From positions 9,068-41,067 of the forward strand of contig CALWSP010000015.1 in NCBI GenBank assembly GCA_944384235.1: DNA of 32,000 nucleotides. Direction: 5' to 3'. Position numbers and translations under genes: made by a program. Numbering within the stretch: the stretch's first letter is position 1; every line of letters begins with the position of its first letter. Below, in pieces: positions 26,290 through 32,000 of this stretch. Origin of the DNA: an uncultured Clostridia bacterium. Lineage in GTDB: Bacteria > Bacillota > Clostridia > Lachnospirales > CAG-274. The notes below the pieces were generated by a model, which worked only from the letters and a program-made list of their open reading frames with translations, was not told the origin of the DNA and ran no database searches.

Positions 26290-29200
26290 ATGAAAACGCT
26301 ATTTGTAAAATATTCTAACGAAAGAAACAAAAAATATAAAATTAAAACAGAGTTAGTTAAAGACGGGGATATTAAATATATAAAAAAGAGCCCTATTTGT
26401 GACGATGCTTTAAAACATATAAAAAAAATGTATGAAAGTTTTGAAATATTAAGTGGTATGTATCAAAACTCTAAAATTAAAATTAACAAAGCATACAGCA
26501 AAGATGGTTTTGTTTTGTTTGACTATATAAATGGATATACATTTGAAAGTGTTTTAGATGGATATTTGGAAAAAGAAGATTATAAAGGGCTTTTTGACAA
26601 AATATTGGAGTTTGAAAAGTTAATTTGTGATTCTGACAAAATTGAAAAGTTTGAAATTAGTGAAAAATTTATAAATGTTTTCGGAAACATTGAATTTGAA
26701 AAAGAGTATTATGCTTTTAGTTACAGCAATTTAGATTTAGTTTTTAGCAATGTTTTAATTAATGATTTTTACAACATTGTTGACTACGAATGGTGTTTTG
26801 ATTTTCCCATACCTATAAAGTATATTTTATTTAGAGCAATTGACACATATATTTGTTTACAAAAAAACAGACAAGTGTTAAGGGAAAAAGACATTTTTGC
26901 TTTTCTTGGATATTCAGAAAAGGAAATAAATATTTTTAAGAAAATGGAAGAAAGTTTTCAAAAGTTTGTTTATGAAGATAGTTTTAGTTCAAATGAACTT
27001 TATGAAAACTTACACGGAAATGTTATAAATGTGTTTGAAAAAGAAGTGGATAAAAAAATTCCAATTCGTGTTTATTACGACAAAGGGAATGGATATAGCG
27101 ACAAAGATGGTTTTGTGACTTATAGAAAGCCTTATGAAAAAATTAAACTAAAAATTGAAGTTAGTGGCGCAAAAGTTGTTAGAGTTGACACTGGTTGTGT
27201 TTCAAGCATTGTGACATTATTTGATTATTTTTATGTTACAAGCAAGGGAATTGAAAGGGCAATTTACTCTACAAACGGGATAGAAATTGAAAAAAACATT
27301 GTTGCATTTACTGACAATGACACGCAAATATATTTATATGGGTTTGAAGATGATATAAAGTATGTTCAATTAGAATTTTTAGTTAATCCAGCTGATGAAA
27401 GTTATATAAAATCTCTTGCAAACATTGGAAAAAACAGAGTTATTGCTGAAAAGGAACTTGAGAGATTAAAATTAGAGTATGATGAGCTTTCAAGGGAATA
27501 TCAAAATTTAAACAATATAAATTTAGAAAATATTAAGGCTTTAGAAGAGGAAAAAAATGAGAATAAAAAAATTTTAAATATGTATGAAGATTGTAGAAAT
27601 CAATGTGATAGTTATAAAAATCAATATGAAAATTACAAATATATGTATGAGATGATTTTAAATTCTGATTTTTGGAAAATGACAAAGCCATTTAGAAAGT
27701 TAGTTGAGGTATCAAAAGTTACGATGAAAAAATTATACAAAGTTTTAAGAAAGCCAAAAACCCTTGTTAGGTGTTTAAAGGAATATGGTGTTAAAGAAAC
27801 TATTGAAATTTTTAAACAAACATACAACATTGGGCAAAAAAAGGCAAGTGAATTTACAGAAAAGTTAGAGCAGGAAGAAGTTAAGGAAAATGTTTTAAAC
27901 GAGAGTTTAAATGTGGACTTAATTGACAGAGAGTGCAGACTTAAGGTGTCTGTTATTGTTCCTAACTACAACCACAAAGAGTATTTAAAGGAAAGATTAG
28001 ACTCTATTTACAACCAAACTTATAAAAATTTTGAGGTTATTTTACTTGACGATTGTTCAAGTGATGGAAGCAGAGAGTTATTAGCCGAGTATGCTGAAAA
28101 ACACAAAGACAACACTATTTTTGCTCCTAACGAAAAAAACAGTGGTGGCGTGTTTAGACAATGGGCTAAGGGTATAGAAATGGCAAAAGGTGACATATGT
28201 TGGATTGCCGAAAGCGATGATTTTTGCGACAACGATTTCTTAGAAAACTTAGTGTATTATTTTAACGACGAGTCAGTTATGATTGCGTATGCACATTATA
28301 CTTTTTGGTTAAATGGAAAGCCATCTAATTTTGCTTTTGAAAATTATTTAGGTGAAGTTGGGACAAAAAGATGGGAAAGGGAATATGTTGTTAGCGCATA
28401 TGATGAAGTTCAAAGCGGGCTTGGAATTAAAAATGTTATTCCAAATGCTAGTGGTTGCATTTTTAGAAAGCCTATTAATATGCCTTTATTAAAAGATGAA
28501 AATTGGCTTAAAATGAGAATTTGTGGCGATTGGGTCTTTTATTTAAAGCAAATTGTAGGTGGAAAAATTGCTTACAACCCAAAGGCTAATAGTTATTTTA
28601 GATTTCACGACGATAGTGCATCTAAAGTTACACACAACAAAGAAGTTTATTACAAAGAGCATAAAATGGTTGCAGATACTATTGCTGAAAATTATAGGGA
28701 TAGTGAAGATATAATAAAGAAAAATAGAGATATTATTTACAGGTATTATTTTGATACTATGGAAAACCCTACTGAAGAAGATTTTGAAAGACTTTATGGT
28801 TTAAAAGACGTTAAAGAGAAAATAGAAAAAAGGAAAAAGACTATTTTAATTTCTATTTATGCTTTTTCTCTTGGCGGAGGAGAAATTTTCCCTATTAGGT
28901 TAGCTAACGAGTTAAAAAGCGTTGGGGAAAATGTTAGTGTTCATATTTTTGAAAAAGAGCAATGTGATAAATCTGTTAGGGATATGCTTAGCAAGGATAT
29001 TCCTGTGTTTTATGGTAAAACAGCAGATGAGTTTACAAAAATTATAGAAGAAAACAAGTTTGATGTTATAAACACTCACCACCAGTCTATACAGCATATG
29101 GTTGCAGAGGCATATATAAAGCATAAAGATGTTTTTGATAACTGCAAACATATTGCAACAATGCACGGAATGTATGAGCAGTTGCCAAAGGCTTATATTA

Positions 29201-29934
29201 TGCAGAATTTAAAGGTTATTGACGATAGTGTTGATGTTTGGACAAGGGTTGCTGACAAGAATTTAGCTCCATTTTACACTGCTGGAATATTTGATGAGAA
29301 AAAGCACATTTTTATTCCAAACGGTATAAAAGTTCCTGAAAAAGTTGACATTAAAAGAAAAGATTTAAACATTCCTGAAGATGCTTTTGTTCTTGGGCTT
29401 GCAAGCAGGGCTTTAAAGGAAAAGGGCTGGATTGAGGCTATTGAGGCTGTTAAAGAGGCTAGAGAAATTAGCAAGAAAGATATTCATATTATTATGATGG
29501 GTAACGGGCCTATGTATGATGAGCTTTTGGAGAAAAAAGTTCCTTCTTTTGTTCATTTAATTGGGTTTGTTAAAGACAGTTGTAATTATTACAATATTTG
29601 TGATATGTGTTTTTTACCAAGTTATTATTCAGGGGAAAGTTTTCCTTTAACTGTTATTGAGGCTCTATGTGTTGGAAAGCCTGTTATTTCTTCTATCATT
29701 GGAGAAACGCCTAGAATATTAAATTGCGACAACGGAGAATGTGCAGGAAAGCTTTTTGAACTAGAAAACAACCAAGTGCCTATTGAGAAAGTTGCAAAGA
29801 TTATAGCTGAATTTGCTTCTAACAAAGAACTTTATGAAAAAGCAAGAAATAATGCAAGATACAAAATGAATGATTTTACTATAAGTACTGTTTCCAAAAT
29901 ATATAATGATGTTTATTCAAATTTTAGGAAGTAA
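26290..29934 (+). CDS. Multidomain glycan assembly protein: kinase-like N-domain, beta domain, coiled coil, GT2 domain, GT4 (GT-B) domain
   Basis: 1214 aa. Residues ~1-235 carry protein-kinase/APH-like motifs (LDLVFSN then VDYEW). Residues ~385-460 are heptad-rich and end in SDFWKMTKPFRKL. GT2 from nt ~27937 (VIVPNYN, LLDDCSSDGS, ESDD). GT4 from nt ~28836 with EX7E (ESFPLTVIE). Confidence 0.85.
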   Translation: MKTLFVKYSNERNKKYKIKTELVKDGDIKYIKKSPICDDALKHIKKMYESFEILSGMYQNSKIKINKAYSKDGFVLFDYINGYTFESVLDGYLEKEDYKGLFDKILEFEKLICDSDKIEKFEISEKFINVFGNIEFEKEYYAFSYSNLDLVFSNVLINDFYNIVDYEWCFDFPIPIKYILFRAIDTYICLQKNRQVLREKDIFAFLGYSEKEINIFKKMEESFQKFVYEDSFSSNELYENLHGNVINVFEKEVDKKIPIRVYYDKGNGYSDKDGFVTYRKPYEKIKLKIEVSGAKVVRVDTGCVSSIVTLFDYFYVTSKGIERAIYSTNGIEIEKNIVAFTDNDTQIYLYGFEDDIKYVQLEFLVNPADESYIKSLANIGKNRVIAEKELERLKLEYDELSREYQNLNNINLENIKALEEEKNENKKILNMYEDCRNQCDSYKNQYENYKYMYEMILNSDFWKMTKPFRKLVEVSKVTMKKLYKVLRKPKTLVRCLKEYGVKETIEIFKQTYNIGQKKASEFTEKLEQEEVKENVLNESLNVDLIDRECRLKVSVIVPNYNHKEYLKERLDSIYNQTYKNFEVILLDDCSSDGSRELLAEYAEKHKDNTIFAPNEKNSGGVFRQWAKGIEMAKGDICWIAESDDFCDNDFLENLVYYFNDESVMIAYAHYTFWLNGKPSNFAFENYLGEVGTKRWEREYVVSAYDEVQSGLGIKNVIPNASGCIFRKPINMPLLKDENWLKMRICGDWVFYLKQIVGGKIAYNPKANSYFRFHDDSASKVTHNKEVYYKEHKMVADTIAENYRDSEDIIKKNRDIIYRYYFDTMENPTEEDFERLYGLKDVKEKIEKRKKTILISIYAFSLGGGEIFPIRLANELKSVGENVSVHIFEKEQCDKSVRDMLSKDIPVFYGKTADEFTKIIEENKFDVINTHHQSIQHMVAEAYIKHKDVFDNCKHIATMHGMYEQLPKAYIMQNLKVIDDSVDVWTRVADKNLAPFYTAGIFDEKKHIFIPNGIKVPEKVDIKRKDLNIPEDAFVLGLASRALKEKGWIEAIEAVKEAREISKKDIHIIMMGNGPMYDELLEKKVPSFVHLIGFVKDSCNYYNICDMCFLPSYYSGESFPLTVIEALCVGKPVISSIIGETPRILNCDNGECAGKLFELENNQVPIEKVAKIIAEFASNKELYEKARNNARYKMNDFTISTVSKIYNDVYSNFRK

Positions 29935-29936
29935 AA

Positions 29937-32000
29937 ATGAATATTAAAAGTTTAAAAAAGTTTAATTATTTTCTTTTTGTATCGATTATTGCATTAATAG
30001 TATTTAAATTAGTTCTTTCATTTGTTTTTACTGAAGTTTTATATAAAGAAAAGGCTATTGACGGCGAAATTTTATTAAATGACAGTAGAAACATTATAGA
30101 TGGATTTGATGTAGATAGAAACGAAATTATTTCTAAAAACAGTGACCCTCAAATTTATATAGACTATGAGAGTTATGACATTTTAGGAGTTAAAGAGATT
30201 ACTTTTTATGTCAATGAAATAAACAAAGAAAAAGAGAAGATTGAAATTTTTACTTTAGATGATATTGATGATTATGGGGCTTTTGGTTCTATATTTACTG
30301 AAATTAAAGAGGGAGAAAACAAGGTTATTATACCAGATGGAGATGGAAGCAGAGGGGCTATAAGGCTTGATTTGGCAACAAGTGAAAATGTTGAAATTGA
30401 GATTGACAAAATTGTTTTTAACGAGGTATCTTCAATTATTGACATTTCAAACACCTATTTTCTTAATTTAGTTTATATATTTGTATTTATTTTAGTTGGA
30501 ATTTTAGTTATTAAAATTTCAGAAAAAAATTATAAATATAATATTTTTAGTTATAGCATAGGTCTAGTTTTAGCTTTAGGTTCAATTTATTTATATTTTA
30601 AAATTGGAAACGAAAGGTTAAAGGAAATTTTAATATTAATTTTAGGATTTATTCCTATATGCCAAATAATGAGCTTTTTTAAGGGAATATTAGAAAAAGT
30701 TAAATTTAAGGCAAAAGAATATAACATTTTATACATTACTTTTTCTTTGTATTTAATTTTAAATATAATATTTATGTTATATTTTAAAGTAAATATTCAT
30801 TTTTTAATTTATTTAGCAGGGCTTTATGTTTATGGAAGTATAAAAGGCGAGGTAGATTTTTATAAAAGAAAAAGGATATTTACACTTTTATATTCTATTT
30901 TAGTTATTGTTACATTATATTTTATTGGTTCTTATTTTGATTTAAATTTATTTAATTACAAAAATGAAGGTTTTAGCTCATATTTAATTATTTCTGATGT
31001 TTTAATTGGCTTTATTTCAATTATATGGTGTGACAAGCTTAAGTTAGAAAAACAATTTGAATTTATTGAAAAAAGAAAGCTTGTAAATTTTAACAAAAAG
31101 AGAGAAAAGCAAGATGGAATTAAAGACTTTATTATTTTTGAAAATATAAAAAGGTTAGTATTAACAGCTATATTTTTATGTGTTTTAGAAGTTTTAGTTC
31201 ACATTTTTATTAAAAACTTTTCGATTGTTTTAGGTGTTAAAACAGCAATTCAGTTTATTTTTTCAGATGTGTTTTTTATTAATTTAATTTTTATATACTG
31301 TATATACTATTTTATATATGCGTTAACTGGAAAAAGAACATCAAATTTAATTATGTTTTTTGTTTGGGCTATGTATATAGTAGGAAACTTAATAAAGGTG
31401 AGATACCACGACACAGTTTTGCAGGCAATAGACATTTTGCTTATTAAAGAAATTATTCTAATAGGCAAGCCTTATGTTGGGGCAGTTGCATATTATGGGA
31501 TTATTATTGCTTTTATAGTTATAGTTTTTATTATATTAAAAAATATTAAAAAAATTATTTTATATTTAAAGCCAAAGGCAAACATTTTGTTTTCTATTAT
31601 GATGATTATACCAATTATTTTTATAATTATGATATTAAATGAAAACAGATTAAAAGATATTGATGTTGATTTTAAAAATGTTTGGATTGACGAAGAAGTT
31701 AAGTATGAAAAATTTGGTTCGGTTTTATATAGTTATAGCAACCTTAAGCTTCTTATGGAATTATATCCAGATGCTCCTGAAAATTACAGCGAAGAACAAA
31801 TGAAAAGCATTAAAGAAAGTTTTGCGGAAATTAATGTAGATGGAAAAAGTGACATAAAGCCAGATGTTATTGTTATTATGGCTGAGTCTTATTTTGATAT
31901 TAATGAAGTTAAGGATTTTAATATATCAGAAGATATAGTTTATCCATACAGAAAGTATGGAAACGGGCATATTATTTCTCCTAGATATGGTGGAGGAACA
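29937..32000 (+). CDS. Polytopic membrane LtaS/GacH-like sulfatase-fold (phosphoglycerol-type) transferase, 3'-truncated by window edge
   Basis: Not in the ORF track. ATG 29937 (RBS aggaag) opens a frame that I translated by hand through 688 codons to nt 32000 without a stop. About 13 hydrophobic segments, then sulfatase-family motifs PDVIVIMAESYFD (31860-31898) and RYGGGT at the window end. Confidence 0.8.
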   Translation, partial: MNIKSLKKFNYFLFVSIIALIVFKLVLSFVFTEVLYKEKAIDGEILLNDSRNIIDGFDVDRNEIISKNSDPQIYIDYESYDILGVKEITFYVNEINKEKEKIEIFTLDDIDDYGAFGSIFTEIKEGENKVIIPDGDGSRGAIRLDLATSENVEIEIDKIVFNEVSSIIDISNTYFLNLVYIFVFILVGILVIKISEKNYKYNIFSYSIGLVLALGSIYLYFKIGNERLKEILILILGFIPICQIMSFFKGILEKVKFKAKEYNILYITFSLYLILNIIFMLYFKVNIHFLIYLAGLYVYGSIKGEVDFYKRKRIFTLLYSILVIVTLYFIGSYFDLNLFNYKNEGFSSYLIISDVLIGFISIIWCDKLKLEKQFEFIEKRKLVNFNKKREKQDGIKDFIIFENIKRLVLTAIFLCVLEVLVHIFIKNFSIVLGVKTAIQFIFSDVFFINLIFIYCIYYFIYALTGKRTSNLIMFFVWAMYIVGNLIKVRYHDTVLQAIDILLIKEIILIGKPYVGAVAYYGIIIAFIVIVFIILKNIKKIILYLKPKANILFSIMMIIPIIFIIMILNENRLKDIDVDFKNVWIDEEVKYEKFGSVLYSYSNLKLLMELYPDAPENYSEEQMKSIKESFAEINVDGKSDIKPDVIVIMAESYFDINEVKDFNISEDIVYPYRKYGNGHIISPRYGGGT

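Noticed and set aside
1-32000. Window-wide scan for CRISPR arrays, IS elements/transposases, prophage genes, toxin-antitoxin pairs or recognised defence systems.
   Set aside because: No regularly spaced direct repeats, terminal inverted repeats, or recombinase, nuclease or defence-type ORFs were recognised. The only nuclease-like gene is the conserved housekeeping yacP NYN protein next to sigH.

Overview
AT-rich, densely coding chromosomal window that looks like a low-GC Firmicute, probably Clostridia-like. This is suggested by sigH, ricT/yaaT, the yacP NYN gene, a copper-amine-oxidase-N-type secreted protein, and many TTGAAA/TTGACA-17-TATAAT promoters with strong GGAGG-type RBSs. All family calls come from motif recognition by eye; no database search was run.

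Nt 1-23,200 is mostly housekeeping:
- ridA-ilvA, truA, mnaA
- a minus-strand kduD-tmk-holB-ricT-yabB-rsmI-ybaN string
- a DtxR-family regulator plus trxA
- tRNA-Leu(UAG), then a TPP riboswitch controlling thiM-thiE-thiD
- sigH and yacP, mscS plus DUF951, pyrE
- a 674-aa secreted multi-repeat protein
- a HAD phosphatase, glmU and an EamA transporter

Nt 23,200-32,000 is the accessory part, a cell-envelope glycan locus:
- Wzm-like ABC-2 permease
- Wzt-like ATPase with an extra C-terminal domain
- SAM methyltransferase
- a 1214-aa protein ordered kinase-like domain, beta domain, coiled coil, GT2, GT4
- a long ORF absent from the ORF track because it runs off the window, encoding a many-TM LtaS/GacH-like sulfatase-fold transferase

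The most interesting hypothesis is an ABC-transporter-dependent pathway for a capped glycan. The chain-terminating (kinase plus methyltransferase), length-measuring (coiled coil) and polymerising (GT2+GT4) functions would be largely fused in one polypeptide. Export would be gated by the Wzt C-terminal domain, followed by GacH-like extracytoplasmic decoration. I saw no CRISPR arrays, transposases, integrases or rRNA genes.
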